From an uncultured bacterium (lineage in GTDB: Bacteria; Hydrothermota; UBA3072; B12-G15): 64,000 bases of DNA. Location: assembly GCA_965612735.1 (NCBI GenBank), contig CBFDSV010000010.1, positions 268 to 64,267 on the forward strand, in the 5' to 3' direction. The translations under genes and the position numbers were made by a program. Of this stretch, positions 28,306-38,311 are shown piece by piece; position 1 is the first letter of the stretch; every line of letters starts with the position of its first letter. A model generated the notes under the pieces. It did not search any database. It was not told where the DNA came from and worked only from the letters and a program-made list of their open reading frames with translations.

Positions 28306-28882
28306 ACCTCACGAATCTCTTTATTGTTATATTCTCACCAAACTTTGCTATGTTCTCCTTAACGAACTCCTCAATGGTCTTTTTATTATCCCTGAAATAT
28401 GGTTGTTCAAGAAGAACCTTCTCCTTAAGGAAATTCTCAAGTTTACTCTGAACTATCTTTTCAATAACGTGCTCTGGCTTGCCCATTGACATGGCCTGTT
28501 CACGATAGATCTCTTTTTCCTTCTCTAACACCTCTTCAGGAACAGAATCCCTTGAAACAGCAACAGGGCTCATTGCAGCAATCTGAATGGCTATCTCCCT
28601 TGCAAATTTCTGGAAGTCCTCTGTCCTTGCAACAAAGTCTGTCTCACAGTTCACCTCAACAAGAACACCAATCCTGTTGCCTGGATGTATATATGCCATA
28701 ATTACACCATCATTGGTCTGTCTGCCGACCTTCTTTGCTGCCTTGGCAATACCCTTTTTTCTCAAAACTTCAATTGCCTTCTCTATATCGCCCTCTGTTT
28801 CAATCAGAGCATTTTTACAATCAAGAACCCCTGCACCTGTCCTTGCACGAAGTTCCTTTATGAGTTCAAGGTCAACCTTCAC
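28289..28882 (-). CDS. tsf: Elongation factor Ts
   Basis: [20 protein letters not shown]. The track start at 28924 adds a K/R-rich extension that overlaps rpsB by ~50 nt. Alignment to the canonical N-terminus puts the real start at the GTG near 28882. Confidence 0.85.
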   Translation of the reverse strand: MKVDLELIKELRARTGAGVLDCKNALIETEGDIEKAIEVLRKKGIAKAAKKVGRQTNDGVIMAYIHPGNRIGVLVEVNCETDFVARTEDFQKFAREIAIQIAAMSPVAVSRDSVPEEVLEKEKEIYREQAMSMGKPEHVIEKIVQSKLENFLKEKVLLEQPYFRDNKKTIEEFVKENIAKFGENITIKRFVRFELGE

Positions 28883-29609
28883 TTTCTTCCTCCCTTTCCT
28901 TTTCTTTTTTTGGCTGCTCATCAACAGCCATTTTTAACCCCTCTGCAATTGCTGAGGTTATCACCTTTGTTATGAGTTGTATTGACTCAATGGCATCGTC
29001 ATTGGCAGGGATCGGATAGTCAACAAGATTTGGGTCACTGTTGGTATCCACAATACCAATCACAGGGATTCCAACAATCCTTGCCTCACGAACCGCATTA
29101 ATCTCTTTTCTGATATCCACAACGTACATCACATCAGGTATCCTGACCATATCCTTGATACCTTCAAAGTACTTGGTCATCTTGTCCCTTTTTCTCTGGA
29201 GTTTTATGATTTCTTTTTTTGTCAGGTTCTTAAACTCTCCAAGTTCAAAGAGTCTGTTGAGTTCATTGTATTTATCAATGCTCTTTTTGAGGGTGGAAAA
29301 ATTGGTCAATGTTCCACCCAGCCACCTTGTATGCACATAAAATGCACCAACCTTCTCTGCCTCTTCCTTTATAATCTCACTTGCCTGCTTTTTGGTACCA
29401 ACAAAAACAAACTTCTTTCCCTGGGATGCCATATCCCGTGCAAAGTAATATGCATCATTGAGAAGATGCATAGTCTTCCGAATGTCTATAATATGTACAC
29501 CCTTTTTCTCTCCGTATATATAGGGAGCCATAGCAGGATTCCATCTTGACCTCTTATGTCCAAAGTGAATCCTTGCATCCAGAAGTTCCTTGAATGTTAC
29601 AAGTGCCAA
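28872..29609 (-). CDS. rpsB: 30S ribosomal protein S2
   Basis: Typical S2 sequence ending in an acidic tail. Confidence 0.9.
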   Translation of the reverse strand: MALVTFKELLDARIHFGHKRSRWNPAMAPYIYGEKKGVHIIDIRKTMHLLNDAYYFARDMASQGKKFVFVGTKKQASEIIKEEAEKVGAFYVHTRWLGGTLTNFSTLKKSIDKYNELNRLFELGEFKNLTKKEIIKLQRKRDKMTKYFEGIKDMVRIPDVMYVVDIRKEINAVREARIVGIPVIGIVDTNSDPNLVDYPIPANDDAIESIQLITKVITSAIAEGLKMAVDEQPKKEKEREEESEG

Positions 29610-29619
29610 TATAACCTCC

Positions 29620-30015
29620 TTATCTCTTGGAGAACTGGAAGCGTTTCCTTGCCTTGGGTCGTCCGTACTTCTTCCTCTCCACCATCCTGGGGTCCCTCTT
29701 CAGGTATCCAGCGTCCTTGAGTATCTTTCTGAGTTCAGGATTATATTTAACAAGAGCCCTTGCTATACCATGCCTAACAGCACCTGCCTGTGCAGATATT
29801 CCACCACCCCTGGCAAAAACCCTTATATTAAACTTGCCCACATACCCTGTGAGTTCAAGAGGCTTCATAACATCAAAAATCAGTGCCTCTCTGGGAAAAT
29901 ACTCCTTCAAGGGTTTCCTGTTAACAGTGATTTCTCCCTTACCATTTTTAACCTCAACCATCCTCACAGTGGCACGGGCAACCTTTCTTCTTCCTGTGGC
30001 AACTATCTCTTCCAT
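29620..30015 (-). CDS. rpsI: 30S ribosomal protein S9
   Basis: C-terminal GRPKARKRFQFSKR. Confidence 0.9.
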   Translation of the reverse strand: MEEIVATGRRKVARATVRMVEVKNGKGEITVNRKPLKEYFPREALIFDVMKPLELTGYVGKFNIRVFARGGGISAQAGAVRHGIARALVKYNPELRKILKDAGYLKRDPRMVERKKYGRPKARKRFQFSKR

Positions 30016-30018
30016 TTA

Positions 30019-30453
30019 TTACCCTCCTATCTCAAGAACCTTTGGTTTCTGAGCCTCATGGGGATGTTTATCCCCTGCATAAACCTTTAGTTTTTTAATC
30101 ATCTTTCTGCCAAGTTTGTTTTTGGGAAGCATTCCCCTGACTGCATGGTAAATAATCTCCTCTGGCTTCTTCTCCTTCATCATCTTGAAAGGAATAACCT
30201 TCAATCCACCAAGATAACCACTGTGCCTGTAATACTTTTTCTGCTCCTCTTTTTTACCGGTTAAGAGCACCTTATCAGCATTTATACAGATAACAAAATC
30301 TCCATTATCAATATGGGGCGTATATTCTGGCTTATGTTTCCCTCTCAGGATGGTTGCTATCCTTGTTGCAAGTCTGCCTAAGGGGATACCTGTGGCATCC
30401 ACCACATACCACTCCCTTTTCACATCCTCTTTCCTTAATGTAAAAGTACTCAT
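30019..30453 (-). CDS. rplM: 50S ribosomal protein L13
   Basis: 144 aa, typical L13 sequence. Confidence 0.9.
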   Translation of the reverse strand: MSTFTLRKEDVKREWYVVDATGIPLGRLATRIATILRGKHKPEYTPHIDNGDFVICINADKVLLTGKKEEQKKYYRHSGYLGGLKVIPFKMMKEKKPEEIIYHAVRGMLPKNKLGRKMIKKLKVYAGDKHPHEAQKPKVLEIGG

Positions 30454-30510
30454 AAAACCTCCTTGGGGGGTTCTCTAAATTAAAACCTTTTCCTCTCTCT
30501 TTTTAACTGG

Positions 30511-30538
30511 ATTATATTATTTTTTTGGGTAATGTCAA
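30511..30538 (-). promoter_or_regulatory. Consensus sigma-70 promoter (TTGACA-16-TATAAT) for the rplM-rpsI...rseP gene string
   Basis: Minus-strand reading cTTGACAttacccaaaaaaataaTATAATccag, ~60 nt upstream of the rplM start. Confidence 0.5.
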
Positions 30539-30549
30539 GGGAAGGAACG

Positions 30550-30580
30550 AAAAAAGGGGGCTAAAAGCCCCCTTTTATTT
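30550..30580. terminator. Rho-independent terminator, bidirectional (A-run / GGGGGC-taaaa-GCCCCC / T-run)
   Basis: aaaaaaGGGGGCtaaaaGCCCCCttttatttctttt lies 15 nt past the stop of the minus-strand gene ending at 30595. Confidence 0.6.
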
Positions 30581-30594
30581 CTTTTAAAATCTTC

Positions 30595-32301
30595 TTACTG
30601 GAGTACATTCACCTTCTGGGCAAATGTTCCATCCTGAGAAGACATTTTCACAAAATATACACCTGAAGAAAGCCCATTATCAAGTTCTACAGTGTAAGTA
30701 CCACTCCTCTTTTCACCCTCAACAAGTTTTGAAACCAATCTTCCTGATACATCGTGTAGAGTAATCTTTACCCTTCCAGGTGTAATCACCCTGTACACTA
30801 TACCTGGATTGGCATAGGTTCCTGTAACAGAAATAAATCTTATATTGCCATCTATATCATCTTCTTCAACGCCATCATTTGAATACCAGTCAAGATAGAT
30901 GGCGTATCCCTCTCTCCACGCAGCGTATAACACAGCAGAATACCAACTATAGCCATTGTGAAGCCATCCTGCTGTTGGTGGCCAGAAACCTGTTGCGTCA
31001 TAATCATTCACCTTAACAGGTGTGGTGAAACTTGATGGATCAGAATAAGAGGACCATGAAAACATTGTGGAATCACCAGGGTCCTGGTTATAAGCCACGG
31101 TTACAGAACCATAAGTCTTTGAAGAACGTAAGGTCGGCATATTTTCAGCATCAGATGATTGGCCAATTGTACCTCCATATGTCCATGATGTACCTGCATC
31201 CTGTGAATAATAATAGGCAACATTGTCGCCATTACTCGTCCCACCAAATGTGGCTACTATCCAGCCAGGATTATTTGAACTCCGGCGTGCAAAGGCGATA
31301 TCAGGGTATGAAAGCGAGAATTGAGCACTGTTATTACTTACCTGCTGGGAACCTATCCATGATGCACCATGAGTTGTGCTTCTCTTCAAGCGTATCTCCT
31401 CATGGTCTCCTGCAAGCCTCTGGTCTATGAAAACAACCCCTACCTGACCATCCACACCAGCAGCAATAGCCGGTTCTGGAGCAGTCTCTGGTGTAACAAA
31501 CAATGAGGTTTGGTCTGTCCATCCACTGCCATCAAGGTGATTTCTGGCTGCATAAACTGAATTTGATGTGTCTGGAATATATGTAACATAGAGATATGCA
31601 CTATCACCAATATCTGCATCCATATCATAGTAATAAACCGTATCAGCCACCAGTTCCCAGTAGTTCTGGGTACTATCTATTTTCATTCTTCTCAGATACA
31701 ACTTCCTATCGTCTGGTGAATCAACCCATATCGCCATAGAACATATCCAGAGATCTCCATTTTCATCCCTTGCAACCCTGACTTTGGGATTTTCAACCCT
31801 TCCGTCATAGTTATAACTATTCAGGAATATATCCCAGGTGAGGCCTCCATCCTTTGATATGTAAACATACACACTATCCTGCGTTGAATGGTCAGTATCC
31901 ACTGTAACAAAAAGGTAATGGGTTTGATCATCAGCATCAAAATCCTGACCTGATCCTGCTGTAACACTTGACACAAGTATGTCTGTGGACCAGAGTACTT
32001 CTCCATCAGCAGGGTCGCCTTCATTCTTTTCTTTTACTGGAAGAGGCTCTCCTGTAAATGGATTTATATTTCCTGATGTAGGGTCATCAGGGTCAGGCAA
32101 AAGACTGGCATCAATTGAGGGTATCAGTATATGACTTGCCTGGACCTTGTAAGAACCATCCAGATCTTCTCCAGCTATTCCAGTATGTTTCTCACCGGGA
32201 ATATTTGTAATACCTTCAATAATTGATGTCTCCCCTGAAAGTTGACCAAAACCGAACAATACAAAAACCACTAAAACAGATACAAAACGTACCAACTTCA
32301 T
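30595..32301 (-). CDS. Secreted BNR/sialidase-like repeat protein with T9SS C-terminal sorting domain
   Basis: Signal peptide; several BNR-like S/G-x-D-G-G-x-T-W boxes (DGGLTWD, HGASWIG, AGTSWTYGG). C-terminal tail VKITLHDVSGRLVSKLVEG...GVYFVKMSS...K. Confidence 0.6.
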   Translation of the reverse strand: MKLVRFVSVLVVFVLFGFGQLSGETSIIEGITNIPGEKHTGIAGEDLDGSYKVQASHILIPSIDASLLPDPDDPTSGNINPFTGEPLPVKEKNEGDPADGEVLWSTDILVSSVTAGSGQDFDADDQTHYLFVTVDTDHSTQDSVYVYISKDGGLTWDIFLNSYNYDGRVENPKVRVARDENGDLWICSMAIWVDSPDDRKLYLRRMKIDSTQNYWELVADTVYYYDMDADIGDSAYLYVTYIPDTSNSVYAARNHLDGSGWTDQTSLFVTPETAPEPAIAAGVDGQVGVVFIDQRLAGDHEEIRLKRSTTHGASWIGSQQVSNNSAQFSLSYPDIAFARRSSNNPGWIVATFGGTSNGDNVAYYYSQDAGTSWTYGGTIGQSSDAENMPTLRSSKTYGSVTVAYNQDPGDSTMFSWSSYSDPSSFTTPVKVNDYDATGFWPPTAGWLHNGYSWYSAVLYAAWREGYAIYLDWYSNDGVEEDDIDGNIRFISVTGTYANPGIVYRVITPGRVKITLHDVSGRLVSKLVEGEKRSGTYTVELDNGLSSGVYFVKMSSQDGTFAQKVNVLQ

Positions 32302-32388
32302 AAAGCCCTCCTTTCGGATTTAAGATTAGATAATGAATAGTACGCATAAAGTACTATTGTCAACCCACAAAAGTTAAAATATCAGAAA

Positions 32389-33471
32389 TCAATAAACTAT
32401 ATGCCTCCAGATAATTTCACCTTTATCGCTACCCTTGTAAATCTGAACCCAAACATCATGAGGGGCATCAGGGTCTTCTGATTCAAAAAGTATAACCCAG
32501 CTCTCCGTGATTGTTGAACCTATTGGAAGAACTGAAAGGTCAACATTGCCATCGTAGGGTAGCTGAACCCATTTTCCACCTGTTTTTGTTGCAAGGTCTT
32601 TTGGATGGATATGAAGAGTATCATAGTCAGTTGACCAGTAGATAGAACCATCGGATTCCTCATACCCATACTCTGCATAAACCCCATCCATCTTTTTATC
32701 AGGTGAAACCACATTCACCACAACATTCCCAGAAAGTGTATCAGTTATCATTTCAAGGTTAAACTGGCAGTTATGCTCATAGCTATCACCATCACCCACT
32801 CCATGAAGAGGAGCATCCGTAATAAGGATGAATATCTTCTGTACCCCACCCCTATAGGAAAAATGCTTGTAAGCAAAGTATATTGCGTCAAGCCCATTTT
32901 CTGGCCACTCATTACCATTGTCACCCATATATCCAGCATAGAGCCCTTTAATAAAGTGGTAAAATCCTGTTGTGGAATCAGTATAGTTTTCTGTGAGTGG
33001 TGTATATCCAATAACACTATCAGTATAAGCAACTGCTCCAAGCCTGAGGTCAAAGCCCTGTGATTTCAAATATTCAGCAAAATCAAGAACGCTGGCCTTA
33101 ACACTGTCAATCTCTTCTCCCATACTTCCAGTTACATCAATTATAAAGACGATATCAGCAATCGAAGATACTCCCTCTCCTACCTTTTTAATAAGGATAC
33201 CCTGAACAAGACTATCCTCTGCAACCATAACCTCGTCCTCTTTCAAAGTGGAATAAGGTTCCCCTGTGGAAGGATTTATAATCGGATTGAGTCTGATTGC
33301 GACCCGATCTGGATTATCAGTATCAAGAGAAATACCTCCACTTAAAACGAGTGTAGGTTCCTCAATGTGTGGTGGAGAAAATGTCCCCGGGTCTGGTGGA
33401 ATTTGCTCCTGAAACAACCAGCATCCTGAGAGCAATACCAATAACGGAAGCAACATAACTACCTTTTTCAT
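32389..33471 (-). CDS. von Willebrand factor type A domain lipoprotein
   Basis: GGGAGG RBS then MKKVVMLLPLLVLLSGC lipobox. vWA MIDAS segment DIVFIIDVTGSMGEE. The track start at 33600 is a likely over-extension. Confidence 0.6.
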   Translation of the reverse strand: MKKVVMLLPLLVLLSGCWLFQEQIPPDPGTFSPPHIEEPTLVLSGGISLDTDNPDRVAIRLNPIINPSTGEPYSTLKEDEVMVAEDSLVQGILIKKVGEGVSSIADIVFIIDVTGSMGEEIDSVKASVLDFAEYLKSQGFDLRLGAVAYTDSVIGYTPLTENYTDSTTGFYHFIKGLYAGYMGDNGNEWPENGLDAIYFAYKHFSYRGGVQKIFILITDAPLHGVGDGDSYEHNCQFNLEMITDTLSGNVVVNVVSPDKKMDGVYAEYGYEESDGSIYWSTDYDTLHIHPKDLATKTGGKWVQLPYDGNVDLSVLPIGSTITESWVILFESEDPDAPHDVWVQIYKGSDKGEIIWRHIVY

Positions 33472-33665
33472 AAAAACCTCCCTGTTTGTGTTCATAATAT
33501 AATAAGTCAAAATATTAAAAATGCAACTGGCTATTCCAACGCTCCATTTAAAGTCTATCATTCTTTTCCCAAACACAAAATACATTCCTCGATAAAGCAA
33601 CTATTCCTTTAAGATCCTTCTTTACAACATTGTATAATTATGTAAAATAATCAAAAGGAGGTTAC

Positions 33666-35345
33666 ATGAAGATAGAAAATGTCAGGGATTTCAGAAGGGT
33701 TGTGAATATAGCGGGTGATAGAGGAGACAGGGTGTTCTTAATGGAAAAAAGGGGAAAAGAGTTCCAGAAAATCACATACGCTGAAATGAGGCACCTTGTA
33801 AGATCCCTCTCTGAGTTCCTCTTTTCACTGGGAATCAACAAAGGAGATAAGATAGGCATACTTGCAACAAACCGGATAGAATGGGGAATCGCATACCTTT
33901 CCATTGTTTACGGTGGAAGGATTGCAGTTCCACTTGACCCACAGTTAAAAGAGGAAGAGATATTAACCTTGATGAAAATTGCTGAAGTGAAGGCAGTTTT
34001 TACCACTGAACGCTTCTTTGAAAGGGTATCAGGTGCTGGTATCCCTGTGATTACACTGGATGATACACATCCTATAAAGTTCAGTGAAGCAATAGAAAAG
34101 GGAGAAACACTTTTGAAATGGAATGGTGAGATTAAGGTTGAGGTAAATCCAGATGATATTGCCTCCATTATTTTCACATCCGGAACAACAGGTGCATCAA
34201 AGGGTGTTGTATTAACACATAGAAACTTTTTGTTTGATGCTGATATGAGTGAAAGACTCCTCAAGTTGATAGATGATGAAATATTCCTTTCCGTTCTTCC
34301 AATACATCATACATTTGAGTTTACAGCAGGATTTGTTGACCCACTTATCAGGGGAAACACCATCTGTTACGCAAGGTCACTGAAATCAAAGGAACTTCTT
34401 GAAGACCTGAAGGATTCAAGGGCAACCATGCTTCTTGGTGTTCCTCTTCTATTTGAAAAACTTTATCAGGGAATTATGAAAAAGATTGGAGAGGCAGGAG
34501 GGTTGAAAGGACTGATGTTAAAATATGGAATAAACAAGGGGATGAGGGATGCAAGGAAAAAAGGAAATATTCCTGTCAGGAATTTTGTTACAAGGAAGAT
34601 ACTTGAACAGGCAGGTCTCTCCTCAATCAGGGTAATGATTGCGGGTGGTGCAGCACTCAAGCCTGAAGTGGAAGAGGGTATAAGGGCACTCGGTATCGGG
34701 ATAGTTCAGGGTTATGGCCTTTCCGAGGCATCGCCGGTTGTCACAATAAATCCACCTGACAGACCAAAAATCGGTTCAATTGGGCTCCCATTACCTGAGA
34801 CAGAGGTCAGAATTCACAACCCCGACCAGGATGGAATTGGAGAACTCATTGTTAAAGGAGAACACGTGATGCAGGGATACTACAACAACCCTGAGGCAAC
34901 TGCAGAGACCATAATGGATGGATGGCTTCACACTGGTGACCTTGGATATATGGACGAAGATGGATATTTTTACATAACGGGCAGGAAAAAGGCAGTGATT
35001 GTTACACCGGGTGGTAAGAATGTATTCCCTGAAGAACTGGAGTACAAACTCCAGCAGATTGACATTGTTGAAGAGGTTCTTGTAATTGGTGTTTTTGACA
35101 GTGAAAAGAAGGGCGATGAGATAATGGCAATCATATATCCAGACTGGGAATTGCTTCCAGAGTGTACAGGTGATGATAGAACTGCATGTGCAAGGGAGAA
35201 ACTTGAAGGATTGATTAAAGAACTCAACGCAGAACTCCCTCCATACAAGAGAATAAAGTACATTGAGGTAAGGGAAGAGGAGTTTCCCAAAACCACCACA
35301 AGAAAGATAAAAAGATACCTGTTCCAGAATGTGAAAAAAATATAA
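33666..35345 (+). CDS. Long-chain fatty-acid--CoA ligase (AMP-binding enzyme)
   Basis: AMP motif IIFTSGTTGASKGVVLTHRN, plus YGLSE and GWLHTGDLGY motifs. Confidence 0.85.
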   Translation: MKIENVRDFRRVVNIAGDRGDRVFLMEKRGKEFQKITYAEMRHLVRSLSEFLFSLGINKGDKIGILATNRIEWGIAYLSIVYGGRIAVPLDPQLKEEEILTLMKIAEVKAVFTTERFFERVSGAGIPVITLDDTHPIKFSEAIEKGETLLKWNGEIKVEVNPDDIASIIFTSGTTGASKGVVLTHRNFLFDADMSERLLKLIDDEIFLSVLPIHHTFEFTAGFVDPLIRGNTICYARSLKSKELLEDLKDSRATMLLGVPLLFEKLYQGIMKKIGEAGGLKGLMLKYGINKGMRDARKKGNIPVRNFVTRKILEQAGLSSIRVMIAGGAALKPEVEEGIRALGIGIVQGYGLSEASPVVTINPPDRPKIGSIGLPLPETEVRIHNPDQDGIGELIVKGEHVMQGYYNNPEATAETIMDGWLHTGDLGYMDEDGYFYITGRKKAVIVTPGGKNVFPEELEYKLQQIDIVEEVLVIGVFDSEKKGDEIMAIIYPDWELLPECTGDDRTACAREKLEGLIKELNAELPPYKRIKYIEVREEEFPKTTTRKIKRYLFQNVKKI

Positions 35346-35388
35346 GAATTTTAGGTGGACATAAAAGTACAATCCCGTATATTATAAT

Positions 35389-36357
35389 ATGCTCCTATTC
35401 CTTTGTTCTGGTTTACAGTTAATCTTTACAGGTGATTTCTTACCTGCTCACAGATTGGTTCCATATATAAGAAAGGAACCAGTCCATCCAGTGAAGAATA
35501 TTTATCCTCAGTTTGTCAGGGCTGATTTTGTAATAGTGAACCTTGAATCCCCCATAACGAATGTGGGTAAACCAGCCGACAAAAAATACACATTCAGGAT
35601 ACCAGAAACCTTTTCACCATATTTCAGATTATGGCACATTGATGCAGTGACCCTTGCAAACAACCACATAATGGATTATGGGGTGAAGGGATTGAAAAGA
35701 ACACTTATCCATCTTGATGGTAATGGCATCAAGCACACAGGTGCAGGAATGAATCAGGAAGAAGCAATGAAACCAATTATTCTTGAAAAGGACGGAATAA
35801 TTATTGGAATACTTGCATATTCATTAACATATCCTGAAAGTTTCTATGCAGGTAAAGAAAAACCCGGAACAGTGTATGGTTCGTATGGTAATATATTGAA
35901 AGGAATAGGCTCCATAAGGGACTCGGTTGACTTCCTGGTGGTTGCCTTTCACTGGGGTCAGGAATTGCTTGATACCCCAAAGGTTTATCAAAAAAAACTT
36001 GCAAGATTCTGTATAGACAATGGTGCTGACCTTGTAATCGGACACCATCCCCATGTCACGCAGGGTGAGGAGATGTACAAGGGTAAACTCATCGTGTATT
36101 CGCTTGGGAATTTTGCATTTGGCACCTTCTCAGAAAGGGGAAAGGGGGAGATGCTGGTGGTGGATATAAAAGGAGATTCAATCCATTACAACATCATCCC
36201 CCTTGAGGTAAGGCCTTCCCGCACTGATTTTTCACCTTATACACTGAAAGGTGAAAGGAAGTACAAATCCCACTTCACTCCACATAAACCTCAACCACAT
36301 CCTCCCCATCCATTAATTTTACCATCTGAAACCTACCTCTATCCTTCAGAAGACTGA
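35389..36357 (+). CDS. CapA/PgsA-family metallophosphatase (poly-gamma-glutamate capsule synthesis protein-like)
   Basis: LESPIT..., VTLANNHIMDYG, VVAFHWGQE, GADLVIGHHPHV motifs of PGA_cap. The C-terminal ~27 aa are P/H-rich and overlap the convergent ORF. Confidence 0.7.
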   Translation: MLLFLCSGLQLIFTGDFLPAHRLVPYIRKEPVHPVKNIYPQFVRADFVIVNLESPITNVGKPADKKYTFRIPETFSPYFRLWHIDAVTLANNHIMDYGVKGLKRTLIHLDGNGIKHTGAGMNQEEAMKPIILEKDGIIIGILAYSLTYPESFYAGKEKPGTVYGSYGNILKGIGSIRDSVDFLVVAFHWGQELLDTPKVYQKKLARFCIDNGADLVIGHHPHVTQGEEMYKGKLIVYSLGNFAFGTFSERGKGEMLVVDIKGDSIHYNIIPLEVRPSRTDFSPYTLKGERKYKSHFTPHKPQPHPPHPLILPSETYLYPSED

Positions 36358-36760
36358 GCATCCTTTTAAATTCCTCCTGTTCTTTTTCATCATCCATGTT
36401 TATTATGTCAAAAAGTTTCTCTGTGAAGGAAATTGAGATCCTCAGACTGAGTTTATCACTTCCAGAATATATCTTCACCCTCAGGTCCTCTCCCTTTCCA
36501 GGTTGAAGCACCTCTGAATCATCAAGGAGGTATCCTTCAAGATGTGAACTGTCCGTATCCATTGTGATGAACTTTCCTTTCTTACCCTTGAATTCCTTGA
36601 ATGCTCTCACAATACTATCCTTTTTGAAGTCCTCTCCATTATCATTGGCAATGGATATACCGAGCGCCATAAACTCTGCAGGAACCTGAACCCTTATAAA
36701 CTCACCCTCATTCCCTGTTATGTCAAACCTGACAAAGAGTGATAAGAGTATAAAAATCAT
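36275..36760 (-). CDS. Hypothetical small exported protein
   Basis: 161 aa, N-terminal hydrophobic segment, last gene of the GntR-ABC operon. Its 3' end overlaps capA by 83 nt. Confidence 0.35.
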   Translation of the reverse strand: MIFILLSLFVRFDITGNEGEFIRVQVPAEFMALGISIANDNGEDFKKDSIVRAFKEFKGKKGKFITMDTDSSHLEGYLLDDSEVLQPGKGEDLRVKIYSGSDKLSLRISISFTEKLFDIINMDDEKEQEEFKRMLSLLKDRGRFQMVKLMDGEDVVEVYVE

Positions 36761-36762
36761 AC

Positions 36763-37608
36763 CTACCTCCTTTCAAGTTCAATTACACCATTTGTTACAA
36801 GAATCTCCATTGGAATTTCCCCATCCCCTGTTGAAACATTTACCTCCATTGAGGAGAAACGCCTTGATACATCTGGATTCTTAAATCCTTCAAGTTTTAT
36901 TGTTCCAGAGTTGGTCTTTGCATGAATCTTATAATCCTCACCCTTTATTCCTAATTTTACACTCCCATTAACAAGGTTCACATGCATAGAATCTTTAACC
37001 TGAACCTCACCACTAACCTTGCCATCCACAAGGTCTACACCCATACTTCCACAATCACTATCAAGGTTTACAACCCCATTCACAATGTCTATATCCATCT
37101 GCTTCCCATTACCCGTGAAGTCAACCTTTGCATTTACCGTGCTGATTTCCATATCTTCAATATCACAGTCTATCCTTATCTGGTTGTTTACGCCTTCCAC
37201 AAGTATGGTATCTGGGGAAGGTGCTAACAGTTCAATGTCAACGCTTACATACTTTCTTCTCTTTACATTTATAAAAATCCTCCCATCTGAATACCTTTTC
37301 TCAATCAAGCCTGTGGTATCAACCCTTCCATACCTTTTGAAGATTTTATACTCTACTTTGACCTTTCCATCATCTGACTTTTCTATATCCACTCTACCAT
37401 TTGGATTTGTTATATTAATAATACTGACGTTCTCCATATCCAGAGTGTCAACAATTACAACCACAGGCTCTTTCTTCCAGTTGACATGATAGGGATTGAC
37501 TCCTTTCTTCTTCATTTCTATATCGACAAGGGTGCAGTCCTTCACTGTGGAAAATATCAGAAATGGAAGAACAAGAAAGGTGTTCAAAAACAAACTCAAA
37601 AACCTCAT
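36763..37608 (-). CDS. DUF4097-like (LiaG/YvlB-type putative adhesin beta-strand repeat) protein
   Basis: Signal peptide followed by repetitive V-x-L/V-x-x-G-x-V strands (VNLDSDCGSMGVDLVDGKVSGEVQV...). Confidence 0.45.
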   Translation of the reverse strand: MRFLSLFLNTFLVLPFLIFSTVKDCTLVDIEMKKKGVNPYHVNWKKEPVVVIVDTLDMENVSIINITNPNGRVDIEKSDDGKVKVEYKIFKRYGRVDTTGLIEKRYSDGRIFINVKRRKYVSVDIELLAPSPDTILVEGVNNQIRIDCDIEDMEISTVNAKVDFTGNGKQMDIDIVNGVVNLDSDCGSMGVDLVDGKVSGEVQVKDSMHVNLVNGSVKLGIKGEDYKIHAKTNSGTIKLEGFKNPDVSRRFSSMEVNVSTGDGEIPMEILVTNGVIELERR

Positions 37609-37609
37609 A

Positions 37610-38311
37610 TTACACCTCCACCTTTTCAATCAACAGTGAAGAAATGTAAACAAGTATTAAGCCAAACAGCAGTGTTGCAAAAAACCAGTCAAGGGGTAGG
37701 GTCTTTGATATTTCTATTTCAGTGGTATGGATGGAGATTGTTACACCCGGAACAGTGGAAAAAATCTGCCTCAGCAATGGTAGAATTTTGCCATAGAGAA
37801 TACCAATCCCTGCAAGGACTCCAAAGGTGACAAGGCCTTTCAACTTAGGGGAGTATCTTCCAACAATGTATGCAAAAACAGGGAATGGGATAATCAATGA
37901 GGCAGTCATTGAAAAGAACACTATCATTTTTATCACCTCATAAAGGGATATGCCAAGAGGATTCTCCGGGAGGGTGAGGATGTATGGAACAAAGAGAACA
38001 AGGGTATAGTAAAGAAAAACCTCAAGCACAACAACACCAATCTTTGTCAGTACAATCTCATAACCCCTGATGGGTAAAGAGAAAAGTGTGTAGATGGTAT
38101 TCCTGTCCCATTCATCCTTAAACACCCCTATGGATTTGAGGAAAACATACAGGTACATGGGTGTTGATGTGATTGCCAGTGACACAGAGGAAGAGATGAA
38201 TCTATTCCCTGAGAAAAGGTACATCAGGAGATTTACTCCGAGAACAAACCCTGCAATACCAATAATCCATCCCATCTCATCCCTTAACTCTTTTACAAAA
38301 AGATTATTCAT
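37610..38311 (-). CDS. ABC-2 type transporter permease
   Basis: 233 aa with six hydrophobic segments, immediately downstream of the ABC ATPase. Confidence 0.6.
   Translation of the reverse strand: MNNLFVKELRDEMGWIIGIAGFVLGVNLLMYLFSGNRFISSSVSLAITSTPMYLYVFLKSIGVFKDEWDRNTIYTLFSLPIRGYEIVLTKIGVVVLEVFLYYTLVLFVPYILTLPENPLGISLYEVIKMIVFFSMTASLIIPFPVFAYIVGRYSPKLKGLVTFGVLAGIGILYGKILPLLRQIFSTVPGVTISIHTTEIEISKTLPLDWFFATLLFGLILVYISSLLIEKVEV

Noticed and set aside
28883-28924. K/R-rich N-terminal extension ([14 protein letters not shown]) on EF-Ts
   Set aside because: It lies wholly within the rpsB coding sequence in another frame. The canonical EF-Ts N-terminus aligns with the internal GTG.
30554-30574. 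GC hairpin considered as a ribosomal-protein leader or attenuator for rplM
   Set aside because: It lies upstream of the rplM promoter, directly after the stop of the adjacent gene and flanked by A/T runs. That is a classic intrinsic terminator, not a leader structure.
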